Shown here piece after piece: positions 48,309-58,454 of a DNA stretch of 64,000 nucleotides; positions within the stretch are counted from its first letter, which is position 1; each line of letters opens with the position of its first letter. The stretch comes from Parvibaculaceae bacterium (GTDB lineage Bacteria; Pseudomonadota; Alphaproteobacteria; RS24; CBDDDD01). The translations under genes were made by a program, and so were the position numbers. The stretch covers positions 411,566 to 475,565 of the forward strand of contig OZ245362.1 in NCBI GenBank assembly GCA_965226465.1. Reading direction: 5' to 3'. A model generated the notes under the pieces. The model made no database searches, was not told where the DNA came from, and was given only the letters and a program-made list of their open reading frames with translations.

Positions 48309-49384
48309 TCCAATCTATGATAGAAGAGGGGCAGACTGGAATAGAATGGGTTGAAAAACTATATGGACAGACACGTGCCGAGAAGGAGTTTCTGGAAAGC
48401 GTTCAAAGCGAAAATATACATCATGCATGGTTGCTAAGTGGAAAAAAGGGAGTTGGCAAAGCAAGTTTTGCTTATCGTGCGGCAGCGTTTTTATTGCAGG
48501 GTGAGAGAAACTTTGATAGCGAGAATGTAAAGCTGGATGAGCAGAGCCGTGCTTTGCCTTTGGTGAAGGGATTGTCCCACCCTGATCTTCTTGTTCTGCG
48601 CCGTCCCTGGGACGAAAAGAGTAAAAAATATAAAGAAATGATTACAGTAGAAGAGTCCCGCCGTGTCAGTGCTTTTTTTGAACATCACGCAGGTTTTGGC
48701 GGTTGGCGGATTTGTATCATTGATGCCCTTGATGAGATGAATGAGACGGCAGCCAATGCACTTTTGAAAACATTGGAGGAGCCGCCTGAGAAATGTATAT
48801 TTTTTCTTATATGCCATTCTGTCGGCAATATATTGCCTACAATTATTTCAAGATGTCGTAAGCTTGCATTTCAGCCACTTACGGAAGCAGATATTAGTGA
48901 GATATTGCGGATAAAAGATGCTAATGGTTTATTTTCTGAAGATGAACGAATGGCTTGCTCTTTTCTAGGGGAGGGTAGTGCGGGGCGTGCCGTGGATTTA
49001 TTGGAAAATAATGGGTTGGAGCTTTATAAGCAAATGGTCACGCTCCTTATGACTTTGCCTGATTTACCTGCTGAGCAATTGCATGAGCTGTGTGATCGAG
49101 TAAGTCAGGACAAGAACAGCTTGGCAAGTTTTATTTCTCTCTATAGCGATTGGTTACATCGTCTTATTCGCTATGCTGCTACAGATATTTCCCCAACCCC
49201 ACTTTTTGAAGGAGAGGAAAAGTTATATTTGCGCCTTAAGGATACATTGCCTTTAGAAAGGCTGGTGGAATTATGGGAGAGCTTGCAAAAGGAGTATTCC
49301 CAAACCCTTGAGCTTAATCTGGATAGCAGGCAGTTTTTATTGGAATGTTTTTTCTCTCTTGCCAGCCAATGGCGGAAGCGTTAA
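48305..49384 (+). CDS. holB: DNA polymerase III delta' subunit
   Basis: HHAWLLSG..GVGKA, HPDL, AANALLKTLEEPP, LPTIISRC; follows tmk. Confidence 0.93.
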   Translation: MIQSMIEEGQTGIEWVEKLYGQTRAEKEFLESVQSENIHHAWLLSGKKGVGKASFAYRAAAFLLQGERNFDSENVKLDEQSRALPLVKGLSHPDLLVLRRPWDEKSKKYKEMITVEESRRVSAFFEHHAGFGGWRICIIDALDEMNETAANALLKTLEEPPEKCIFFLICHSVGNILPTIISRCRKLAFQPLTEADISEILRIKDANGLFSEDERMACSFLGEGSAGRAVDLLENNGLELYKQMVTLLMTLPDLPAEQLHELCDRVSQDKNSLASFISLYSDWLHRLIRYAATDISPTPLFEGEEKLYLRLKDTLPLERLVELWESLQKEYSQTLELNLDSRQFLLECFFSLASQWRKR

Positions 49385-49393
49385 CCAAGAAGC

Positions 49394-50935
49394 ATGAAGC
49401 CATTTTATATTACAACCGCTATCTCCTATCCTAATGGACCTCCCCATATCGGTCATGCTTATGAAGCAATTGCAACAGATGTGTTAGCACGCTTTTGGCG
49501 TCTTAAGGGCTATGATGTATTTTTTCTAACCGGTACGGATGACCATGGACAAAAAATGGTTCAAACAGCTTCAAAGCAAGGCAAAACCCCTGAGCAGCTT
49601 GCTGATGAGATGGTACCTGCTTTCCGAAAAATGGTGAAAGACTGCTTATGCAGTAATGATGATTTTATTCGTACCAGCGAAAAGCGCCACCATGATGCGG
49701 TGATTGAAATGTGGCGGCGCATGGAAGAAAAGGGAGATATTTATCTTGACCATTATGCAGGCTGGTATTGTGTTCGTGATGAGGCATTTTATACGGATAG
49801 CGATTTGACAACCAATGAGCTCGGAGAAAAAATTGGCCCCAATGGCAATCCGGTGGAATGGATGGAAGAGGAAAGCTATTTTTTTCGACTTTCTGCCTAT
49901 CAAGACAGGCTTTTGGAGCATTATAAAAAACACCCTGAGTTTCTGCAGCCCAAAAGCCGCATGAATGAGATTGTCAATTTTGTAAAAGGGGGATTAAAGG
50001 ATTTATCTATTTCCCGTACAAATTTTGATTGGGGGGTAAAAGTTCCCAATAATGATAAGCATATAGTATATGTTTGGGTGGATGCATTAACAAATTACAT
50101 TAGTTCTCTTGGTTTTCCTAATGATAAAAAACAATATTTTAATAAATATTGGCCTGCTAATTTACATATAATAGGGAAGGATATTACCCGGTTTCATGCT
50201 GTTTATTGGCCTGCTTTTTTATTTTCAGCTGAGCTTGCTTTACCAAAAACTATTTTTGCACATGGTTTTTTAAATCTTAAAGGCAAAAAAATGTCAAAAT
50301 CTTCAGGAAATGTGCTTTCTCCTGATGATATGTTGGAACACTTTGGGGTGGATCAAACCCGCTACTTCCTTATGCGTGAGGTTATTTTTGGTGCTGATGG
50401 AAGTTTTAGCGATGAGGCTATAACACAGCGCATTAATGCAGATTTAGCGAATGATTTAGGAAATTTAGCACAAAGATGCCTGTCTATGATTATGAAAAAT
50501 TGTGAGGGACTTATTCCTAAGCCTGCCAAGTTTTCTGCACAGGACAAGGAAATGCTGGAAATGGCGGATAATCTTTTGGAGAAGGTAAGCACCCATATGG
50601 AGCAGCTTGCCCCTCATCATTATCTTGCAGAAATATGGGAGTTAATAGCGGAAGCAAATCGTTATTTTGCTATGCAAAAGCCCTGGGAACTGAAGGAGTC
50701 AGATATAGATAGAATGAATACTACGCTTTATGTAACCGCCGAATTAATTCGCCAAATTGCAATCTTGGTGCAGCCTGTTGTACCAAAGGGGGCAGAAAAG
50801 CTGTTAAATACGCTAAATATTGAAAAAAATAGCCGTGATTTTGTATATTTGGGTAAAAAAGGTCGCCTGGCTGGCGGTATAGCTCTTGCCGATATACCCG
50901 AAGGTGTTTTCCCCCGATTGCAATTAAAAGGATAA
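49394..50935 (+). CDS. metG: Methionine--tRNA ligase
   Basis: YPNGPPHIGH, GTDDHGQK, YVWVDAL, KMSKS motifs. Confidence 0.98.
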   Translation: MKPFYITTAISYPNGPPHIGHAYEAIATDVLARFWRLKGYDVFFLTGTDDHGQKMVQTASKQGKTPEQLADEMVPAFRKMVKDCLCSNDDFIRTSEKRHHDAVIEMWRRMEEKGDIYLDHYAGWYCVRDEAFYTDSDLTTNELGEKIGPNGNPVEWMEEESYFFRLSAYQDRLLEHYKKHPEFLQPKSRMNEIVNFVKGGLKDLSISRTNFDWGVKVPNNDKHIVYVWVDALTNYISSLGFPNDKKQYFNKYWPANLHIIGKDITRFHAVYWPAFLFSAELALPKTIFAHGFLNLKGKKMSKSSGNVLSPDDMLEHFGVDQTRYFLMREVIFGADGSFSDEAITQRINADLANDLGNLAQRCLSMIMKNCEGLIPKPAKFSAQDKEMLEMADNLLEKVSTHMEQLAPHHYLAEIWELIAEANRYFAMQKPWELKESDIDRMNTTLYVTAELIRQIAILVQPVVPKGAEKLLNTLNIEKNSRDFVYLGKKGRLAGGIALADIPEGVFPRLQLKG

Positions 50936-51038
50936 TCGGCAAGTTTTCTCTTGCCATTCTTCGCGAATAGTAGTGTCATTTATACCACATATACGTTGTA
51001 TGTAGGCAACAGGTAGAGGCTAATAGGCTGGATCTTCA

Positions 51039-53351
51039 ATGAAACGCTATATAAGCATTCCTCTTTGGAAATGGAATTTAGGGAATAGGGCTTTCTCCCA
51101 ATTGGGAGAGATATGGAAACGCATATTCAGCTTTGCTGACCGGGCACGCCTTATGGGAAGCCTCTCGGCTACTATTGTTTTGCTCGGCATTATGTCCGGC
51201 ATTGCTACCTATATCATTCTCTCCGGCTTTACCGCAATCAAGCCAACAAGAGAAGTCGTTGCTCTCCTTTTTGTCACCAATCTTGTGCTGGTGCTCACTC
51301 TTGCAGGGCTGGTGGTACGACGCCTTGTTATCTTATGGATTGACAGACATAATCAGGTTTCTGGCTCCCGATTGCACACACGCCTGGTGACATTATTTTC
51401 TATTATCGCTCTTATACCTGCAGCGATTATGGCTATCTTTGCCATTTTCACGCTTCATTATGGATTAGACCGATGGTTTAGCCAGCGCACACAAACGATT
51501 ATTGATAATACGGCTACCATTGCAGATGCCTACCTTGATGAACATCGTCAAGCACTGAGGCGTGATGCGACTGCTATGTCTTCCGACCTTAATCGTGATG
51601 CGGCTATATATAGCCGTGATAAGGAAAAATTTAAGCGCCTTATTAGCGCTCAGGCAGTGCTTCGCTCTATGCCTATGGCCGTTATAATTGATAAAACAGG
51701 GAAAGTGTTATCTCAGGCAAGGTCCAATAGAGGCAGCCCTCCTTTTGCTCCTCCTTTGAAAGCCTTTGAGTTGGCAGATGAGGGAACCCCTGTCATGATG
51801 ACTTTCAGTGACGAAAGTCAGGTGCGGGTGCTTAGCAGGCTTAATGCTTTTGCCGATAATGCCTATCTTTATGTAGCACGCTTTGTGGATGCCCGTGTGT
51901 TAGAGCATTTGCAACGCATTGAGGTTGCAGAAAAGGAATATTCCGATTTTGCAGGCAGGCGCACCGAAGTAGAAATAACCTTTGCCCTTATTTATGTCGG
52001 TATTGCCTTTATGATTTTGCTTTCTGCAATTTGGCTGGGGCTGTGGGTAGCGAACCGTCTGGCAAGCCCGATTGGTGAGCTTATCCATGTTGCAGATAAA
52101 ATCAGTCATGGAGATTTATCTGCGCGTGTAAAAAAGCTTTATGGTAATGATGAATTATCAGAATTAGGCGGAAGCTTTAACCGCATGACGGAACAATTAG
52201 AGACCCAGCGTCGAGAGCTTATAGAAGCACATGGTGATTTGGATGAACGCCATCGCTTCACCCATGCTGTTCTGGAAGGGGTAAGCTCTGGTGTGATTGG
52301 GATTAATGCTAAGGGAATTATAGACCATGCCAATGAGGCAGCAGAGAGATTAACAAGAAGCACTCAGCTTATCGGGAAAAAAATTGAACAAGTTCTGCCT
52401 GCTTTTACTTCTTTGCTTATGCGTAGCCAAAAAATGAAAGGGCAGGATATAAAGGGGCAGATTGTGCTCCGCGATGAGAATGGAGATGAACATTATCTTA
52501 TGGTGCGTGTTACAAGTGAGGTCACGCAAAAGGGACTTACCGTTCTGACTTTTGATGATGTTACCAGCCTTCTTTCTGCACAACGCTCTGCCGCATGGGC
52601 AGATATTGCCAGGCGTATTGCTCATGAGATTAAAAACCCTCTCACGCCTATCCAGCTTTCTGCTGAGCGTTTACACAAAAAATATTCCAATAAAATGGCA
52701 GAGAATGAAGATGTGTTTGAACAATGTGTAACTACAATTGTCCGGCAAGTGAAAGATATTGGAAAAATGGTAGATGAGTTTTCCTCTTTTGCGCGCATGC
52801 CTTCTGCCGTTATGCGCGAGTTTGATATTTTGGATGTGGTGAAGCAGGTATTATTTTTACAAAAAGTTGCTTATCCTGATATTGATTATGCCCTTGATGC
52901 TCCAGAAAGTGTAGAGAGGGTAATTGGTGATAGAAGACAATTTAGTCAGGCATTGACAAATATTTTGAAAAATGCGGCAGAGAGCATCGCTCAAACAACT
53001 CTTACCGAAGGAAAAAGAAAGCATCGGATTGAAATGTGGGTAAAACCTGTTGGTAAAGGCGATGGTGAGTTAGAAATTTCTGTATTTGATACCGGATTAG
53101 GACTTCCTAAAGAACGTGCACAGCTAACCGAGCCCTATGTAACCAGTCGAGAAGGGGGGACAGGCTTAGGGCTGGTCATTGTGAAAAAGGTTATGGAAGA
53201 CCATGGTGGCAGACTTATCCTTAAGGATGCTCCCTGGGTAGAGGAGGGGGAAACAGGGGCCGCAGTTATTCTGCGTTTTCCTATGAATGCAAGCAATATG
53301 AATAGTGAGGATAGCGTTAAATCTATAAACAGAGAAAGGAAAAGCATATGA
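51039..53351 (+). CDS. ntrY: Sensor histidine kinase NtrY
   Basis: TM helices, HAMP and PAS-like regions, AWADIARRIAHEIKNPLTPIQLSAERL H-box, GTGLGL; upstream of ntrX. Confidence 0.93.
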   Translation: MKRYISIPLWKWNLGNRAFSQLGEIWKRIFSFADRARLMGSLSATIVLLGIMSGIATYIILSGFTAIKPTREVVALLFVTNLVLVLTLAGLVVRRLVILWIDRHNQVSGSRLHTRLVTLFSIIALIPAAIMAIFAIFTLHYGLDRWFSQRTQTIIDNTATIADAYLDEHRQALRRDATAMSSDLNRDAAIYSRDKEKFKRLISAQAVLRSMPMAVIIDKTGKVLSQARSNRGSPPFAPPLKAFELADEGTPVMMTFSDESQVRVLSRLNAFADNAYLYVARFVDARVLEHLQRIEVAEKEYSDFAGRRTEVEITFALIYVGIAFMILLSAIWLGLWVANRLASPIGELIHVADKISHGDLSARVKKLYGNDELSELGGSFNRMTEQLETQRRELIEAHGDLDERHRFTHAVLEGVSSGVIGINAKGIIDHANEAAERLTRSTQLIGKKIEQVLPAFTSLLMRSQKMKGQDIKGQIVLRDENGDEHYLMVRVTSEVTQKGLTVLTFDDVTSLLSAQRSAAWADIARRIAHEIKNPLTPIQLSAERLHKKYSNKMAENEDVFEQCVTTIVRQVKDIGKMVDEFSSFARMPSAVMREFDILDVVKQVLFLQKVAYPDIDYALDAPESVERVIGDRRQFSQALTNILKNAAESIAQTTLTEGKRKHRIEMWVKPVGKGDGELEISVFDTGLGLPKERAQLTEPYVTSREGGTGLGLVIVKKVMEDHGGRLILKDAPWVEEGETGAAVILRFPMNASNMNSEDSVKSINRERKSI

Positions 53352-54781
53352 ATATGGGACCGGAAATACTCATCATAGATGATGAGCAGGATATTTGTGA
53401 ATTGGTAGCAGGAATTTTAGAGGATGATGGCTTTCAAACCCGCAGTGCTTATGATAGTGCCGGTGCCATTAAAGAAATTACTGCCCGCCAGCCAGATTTA
53501 GTTTTGCTCGATATTTGGCTACAAAACAGCCATATGGATGGGTTAGAGCTTTTAAAAGAAATAAAAAAATGTGCACCTAACCTTCCTGTCGTGATGATTA
53601 GTGGACATGGCAATATAGAGACTGCCGTTACAGCTCTGAAAAATGGTGCGCATGATTATATTGAAAAGCCTTTTGAAACAGAAAAATTATTATTGGTCAT
53701 TAAGCGTATTATAGAAAGAATGGCTCTTAAGCGTGAAAATGATGAGCTTCGTATGCGCGCAGGCATTCCTCTCAAACTGATAGGAAGCTCTCGTATAGTA
53801 GAGCAATTGCAAAATCATATTAATAAAATTGCTGTTACGGGAAGCCGTGTATTTATTCAGGGAGAAACAGGGTCCGGTAAAGAAGTTGTCGCTCGCCTTT
53901 TATACAAGCAATCTTCCCGTGCAGATGGTCCCTTTATTGCAGTAAATTCTGCCGTATTAAGCTCTACGCATTTAGAGGAAGTTTTATTTGGCCGTATTCG
54001 AAATGGCAGGGTGGAGCCGGGTCTTTTTGAGCGTGCTCATAGGGGGGTTTTGTTTTTTGATGAAATAGGTGAAATGCCGCTGGAAACGCAAGGTAGAATT
54101 GTACGCTTATTGGTGGAGCAGAAATTTACCCGCATTGGTGATTCTACACCTGTTGAGGTTGATGTCAGGGTCTTTTCATCCTCTACCCATGACCCACAAA
54201 GCCTCATTGATACTGGCAGACTACGTGAGGATTTGTTTCACCGGCTTAATGTGCTTTCTCTCCATGTGCCTCCGCTTTCCAAAAGGCGTGAAGATATTCC
54301 AGACCTTATCGAATATTTTAGTGATGAATTGAGCAGGATATCAGGTCTTAGCAAATGTCCGATTAGCAAGGAGACCCTGTCTATATTGCAATATTATAAA
54401 TGGCCCGGCAATGTCCGCCAGCTACGCAATTGCCTGGAGCATTTATTCATTATGGCTTCGGGTAGCGGTGTAGAAGAAATTACCCCTGATATGCTTCCTG
54501 CCAATATTCGTTCTGTCACTTCTATGCAGGCAGGCAGAACGCAGGATAATCACATTATGACCTTGCCGCTTCGTGAAGCACGGGAATGCTTTGAAAAAAA
54601 ATATTTACTTACCCAAATTGATAGATTTGATGGCAATATATCACGTACCGCCTCATTTATAGAAATGGAGCGTTCTGCTCTACACCGAAAGCTGAAGGGA
54701 CTTGGTATTGCTTCCCAAAAAAATAATGAAGAAGATGGCGAAGAGGAAGAAATAACTACAGAAATAAGGAAAAAAGCATGA
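53348..54781 (+). CDS. ntrX: Response regulator NtrX (REC-AAA+-HTH)
   Basis: LLDIWL..S.MDG, MISGHGNIETAV, GETGSGKE, no GAFTGA motif, MERSALHRKLK. Confidence 0.94.
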   Translation: MNMGPEILIIDDEQDICELVAGILEDDGFQTRSAYDSAGAIKEITARQPDLVLLDIWLQNSHMDGLELLKEIKKCAPNLPVVMISGHGNIETAVTALKNGAHDYIEKPFETEKLLLVIKRIIERMALKRENDELRMRAGIPLKLIGSSRIVEQLQNHINKIAVTGSRVFIQGETGSGKEVVARLLYKQSSRADGPFIAVNSAVLSSTHLEEVLFGRIRNGRVEPGLFERAHRGVLFFDEIGEMPLETQGRIVRLLVEQKFTRIGDSTPVEVDVRVFSSSTHDPQSLIDTGRLREDLFHRLNVLSLHVPPLSKRREDIPDLIEYFSDELSRISGLSKCPISKETLSILQYYKWPGNVRQLRNCLEHLFIMASGSGVEEITPDMLPANIRSVTSMQAGRTQDNHIMTLPLREARECFEKKYLLTQIDRFDGNISRTASFIEMERSALHRKLKGLGIASQKNNEEDGEEEEITTEIRKKA

Positions 54782-56154
54782 AGTTAATTATCTGTGGAGC
54801 CGGGCAGGTGGGCTATCACCTTGCGCGGCAATTATCGCAAGAGGGTAATGAGATTACAATTATTGATAATCAGATAGAAAACATTGAGGAGGTTAATAAC
54901 TCGCTTGATGTTCGTGCAATTATTGGACATGGTGCGCATCCAGATATTTTAGAAAAAGCAGGTGCCAGAGAAGCAGATATGCTTATCGCCGTTACGCATT
55001 CCGATGAAGTGAATATGATTGCTTGCCAGATTGCTCATACTCTTTTTGAAATGCCGCGTAAGATTGCCCGTATTCGTCAACAAAGCTATTTAGCAAATGA
55101 GTGGAAAAATTTATTTCGGCGCGACCACATGCCTATTGATGTGATTATATCTCCAGAGTTAGAGGTTGGACGGCTCGTTTTGCGGCGCCTTGCTATGCCA
55201 AGCGTTTTTGACAGTGAGCTATTTGGAGAAGGGAAAATATATATGCTCGGCTTGCGGGTGGATGAAACCTGCCCTGTATTGGATACCCCGCTTATCCAAT
55301 TGACAGGATTATTTCCTGACCTTGGGGCGATTGTTGTGGGAATTATTCGTGATGGCGCTCTTTTTGTTCCTAAAAGTGATGATTATATGCAGGCAAATGA
55401 CAGTGTGTATCTTATTACCCCTGAAGAGGATGTAGAGCGCACCATAAATATTTTCGGCTATTCACAATCTGAAGCGCGGAATATTATTTTAGTAGGAGGG
55501 GGTAATATAGGAAAATATGTTGCCGAGCAGTTGGATAAAGGAAGCGGAGCTGGCTCCCTGCGTGTCATTGAAAATAATCCAGAAAAAGCCCGTGAATTAG
55601 CAAGAAATATTGAGAAAGCCATTGTCCTGGAGGGAAGTGGTCTTGACCGCGATATTCTTGTGGAAGCGGGTGTGCGTGGAGCAGAGTTGACTGTTGCACT
55701 TACCAATAATGATCAGGTGAATATTCTTACCTCTCTTATGGCAAGGGAGGAGGGCTGTCCTCATACACTCTGTCTTGTCAATAATCCTGATTTTGTACCT
55801 ATGATATCCAAGCTTGGTGTTGATGATGCAATTAATCCAAGGGCGACAACCATTTCCTCCATATTACGCCATATCCGACATGGAAGAATTTTGCAGGTTT
55901 ATTCCGTAGCAGATGGGCAGGCAGAAATTACGGAGGCGGTTGCTCTTGGCTCTTCTCCGGTTATTGGTAAGGAGTTAAGTGAAATATCTTTTCCGGATGG
56001 GGTAATGGTTGGGGCTATATTACGTGAGGGGAAGGTTCTTAAACCAAGAGGGAGCCTACGCATAGAGGAGGGAGACCATGTGGTGCTTTTTGTTCTTTCT
56101 TCCAGCGTGCAGGCAGTAGAGCGTATGTTCCGCGTGAGCCTTGAATATTTTTAG
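54778..56154 (+). CDS. trkA: Trk potassium uptake protein TrkA
   Basis: Two RCK/NAD-binding motifs (GAGQVG, GGGNIG), ISPE, SDEVNMIAC. Confidence 0.95.
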   Translation: MKLIICGAGQVGYHLARQLSQEGNEITIIDNQIENIEEVNNSLDVRAIIGHGAHPDILEKAGAREADMLIAVTHSDEVNMIACQIAHTLFEMPRKIARIRQQSYLANEWKNLFRRDHMPIDVIISPELEVGRLVLRRLAMPSVFDSELFGEGKIYMLGLRVDETCPVLDTPLIQLTGLFPDLGAIVVGIIRDGALFVPKSDDYMQANDSVYLITPEEDVERTINIFGYSQSEARNIILVGGGNIGKYVAEQLDKGSGAGSLRVIENNPEKARELARNIEKAIVLEGSGLDRDILVEAGVRGAELTVALTNNDQVNILTSLMAREEGCPHTLCLVNNPDFVPMISKLGVDDAINPRATTISSILRHIRHGRILQVYSVADGQAEITEAVALGSSPVIGKELSEISFPDGVMVGAILREGKVLKPRGSLRIEEGDHVVLFVLSSSVQAVERMFRVSLEYF

Positions 56155-56163
56155 AACAATATT

Positions 56164-57600
56164 ATGCCGCTTGCTTCTTTTCTATATATATTTGGTTGGG
56201 GAACCTGTTCGCTTGCATTGATAATGCTTGCCCCTTTGCTTGTGGCTTTAGGAGGTGTAGAGCGGGAATTTGCTCATATATTTTTATATAGTTTTCTGCT
56301 TACCAGTTTTGTGGGAGGCGCATTAATTTCTATTGGTACGCCTCCGCAGGGTCGAGAGAAGAATATGGCTGCCATGCTATTATCGGCAGTTTGTTATTGG
56401 TTAGTCCTGCCTTTATTGGCGGCCATACCTTTTTGGGCAGGAATTGAAAACTGGACGATTACCCGCGCTTATTTTGAAGCGGTTTCAGGACTTACGACAA
56501 CCGGTATGACTTTGCTACATTATCCTGAAGGGGAGCAACAAAGTATTTTACTTTGGCGAGCAATGTTAAATTGGTTGGGGGGTGCATGGACATTATTTTT
56601 TGGCATGGCTGTATTTTCACGCCTCGGCATAGGTGAACTGGTAGGGCGTGGAATTATATTTGACCGTGCTCGGAAGGGGGTATTTTCTCCATTATTGGTA
56701 GCTATTGGCTGGCTTTATGTGCCCATTAGTATATTGGGCATTGCTCTATTATGGGTTATGGGTGCTCCTTTTTTTGAAGCGATTTGCTTTGGTTTGTCAG
56801 CAATATCAACAGGTGGTTTTTCGCCCATAAGTGGTGGTGTAAACACCATATTTCCTCCTCTTGCTGAGCTTGTTTTATGTCTTATGATGTTATTTGGCGC
56901 CATTGGCTTGCCTATACATATTTTTCTTTTTCGGGGTCGGTTTCAAATTTTATTAAGCGATGAAGAATTACGAGGCTTTTTTGTTTTTCTATTGCTGCTC
57001 TTTGGAATATTCCTTTTAGCAATCTTTTTTTCCGAAGGATGGAATATTTCTAAGATTTTTTCTGCCTTTGTCAGTGCGGTTTCTTTTATTAGCTCTACCG
57101 GATTTGTTATGGCGGAGGGCGCACCTTGGGGAGTGCCGGTTATTTTACTTGGCATTATTGCTCTTATTGGAACAATGGGATTATCTACGGGGGGAGGGGT
57201 AAAGTTATTTCGGGTGCTTATATGGATAAAAAGCATTGCCAGCCAATTGCGTTTATATATTTTCCCCCATGCATCACAAGAAATTATGTTAAGTGGGCGG
57301 GTGCTTTCTCAGAATGCATTGCATAGCCTATGCCTTTCCCTTTTACTATATCCTTTTTGCTTTGCCTTACTTATGGGAATATTAGGAATGACAGGGGTTG
57401 ATTTCTATTTGGCATGGATAGGGCTTGTATCGGCTCTTGGGAATATGAGCGGCATATTCCTTCACAGCGAGGGGGGAGCTCACTGGCTTATGCAGAGCAA
57501 TTCTTCCTCGCTCAGTGTGCTTGGTCTGGCAATGGTTTTAGGAAGAATTGAGTTTTTAGCTTTTCTGGCTTTGCTGAACCCTGCATACTGGCGAAGATAG
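56164..57600 (+). CDS. trkH: TrkH-family potassium uptake membrane protein
   Basis: Polytopic; FEAVSGLTTTG, STGGFS, STGGGVK, MVLGRIE motifs. Confidence 0.9.
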   Translation: MPLASFLYIFGWGTCSLALIMLAPLLVALGGVEREFAHIFLYSFLLTSFVGGALISIGTPPQGREKNMAAMLLSAVCYWLVLPLLAAIPFWAGIENWTITRAYFEAVSGLTTTGMTLLHYPEGEQQSILLWRAMLNWLGGAWTLFFGMAVFSRLGIGELVGRGIIFDRARKGVFSPLLVAIGWLYVPISILGIALLWVMGAPFFEAICFGLSAISTGGFSPISGGVNTIFPPLAELVLCLMMLFGAIGLPIHIFLFRGRFQILLSDEELRGFFVFLLLLFGIFLLAIFFSEGWNISKIFSAFVSAVSFISSTGFVMAEGAPWGVPVILLGIIALIGTMGLSTGGGVKLFRVLIWIKSIASQLRLYIFPHASQEIMLSGRVLSQNALHSLCLSLLLYPFCFALLMGILGMTGVDFYLAWIGLVSALGNMSGIFLHSEGGAHWLMQSNSSSLSVLGLAMVLGRIEFLAFLALLNPAYWRR

Positions 57601-57608
57601 GAGTAAAT

Positions 57609-58454
57609 ATGTCAAGAATTGCATATGTAAATGGTCGCTATGTGCCACATTATCAGGCAGGGGTACATATTGAGGATAGAGGCTATCAGTTTGCTGATGG
57701 TGTTTATGAATTTTTTTCAATACGCCGTGGTAAATTACAGGATGAAAGCCTGCATCTGGATAGATTGGAATATTCCCTTAGTGAGCTTGATATAAAAATG
57801 CCGCTTCCCCGAAAGGCTTTGGAGTTTGTTTTGCAGGAGCTTGTAGCCTGCAATCGTATAATATGCGGCATGCTTTATGTACAGGTAACAAGAGGGGTAG
57901 CAAAGCGTAATCATAATATTCCGGAGGATGCAGAGCCTGTTCTTACCGCTACTGCATCACCAATAGATGAAAAGGAAATGCAAAGGAAAAGTGAGCAAGG
58001 CATTTCTGTCATTACCCTTCCTGATTTGCGCTGGGAAAGATGTGACATTAAAGCTATCGGATTGCTTCCTAATGTATTGGCACGCAAGCTTGCTGTGGAG
58101 AAAAAAGCGGATGATGCTTGGCAAGTAGGAAAAGAAGGCATGATTACTGAAGCAAGTGCTGCAAATGCCTGGATTGTTGATGAAAACAATATGCTGCGCA
58201 CCCATCCTGTTGGGAATAAGATTTTAAATGGGATAACAAGGCGTGTTTTATGCAGAATTATAGAAAAAGAAAAAATAAAATTCTCTGAAACCGCCTTTAC
58301 TCCAGAAGAGGCGTATAGAGCAAAGGAAGCCTTTTCTACCGCTTCCAGTTTTACCCTCCAACCTGTTGTGAAAATTGATGGTCATAAAATCGGTGATGGA
58401 AAGATAGGAACTATCACCCGGAAATTAGCAAAGCTCTATGGGAAATATTCTTAA
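57609..58454 (+). CDS. dat: D-amino-acid transaminase (PLP class IV)
   Basis: EDRGYQFADGVYE, YVQVTRG, RCDIK, ILNGITR motifs. Confidence 0.9.
   Translation: MSRIAYVNGRYVPHYQAGVHIEDRGYQFADGVYEFFSIRRGKLQDESLHLDRLEYSLSELDIKMPLPRKALEFVLQELVACNRIICGMLYVQVTRGVAKRNHNIPEDAEPVLTATASPIDEKEMQRKSEQGISVITLPDLRWERCDIKAIGLLPNVLARKLAVEKKADDAWQVGKEGMITEASAANAWIVDENNMLRTHPVGNKILNGITRRVLCRIIEKEKIKFSETAFTPEEAYRAKEAFSTASSFTLQPVVKIDGHKIGDGKIGTITRKLAKLYGKYS

Noticed and set aside
53348-54781. AAA+ regulator lacking the GAFTGA motif
   Set aside because: Known property of NtrX proteins; not novel.
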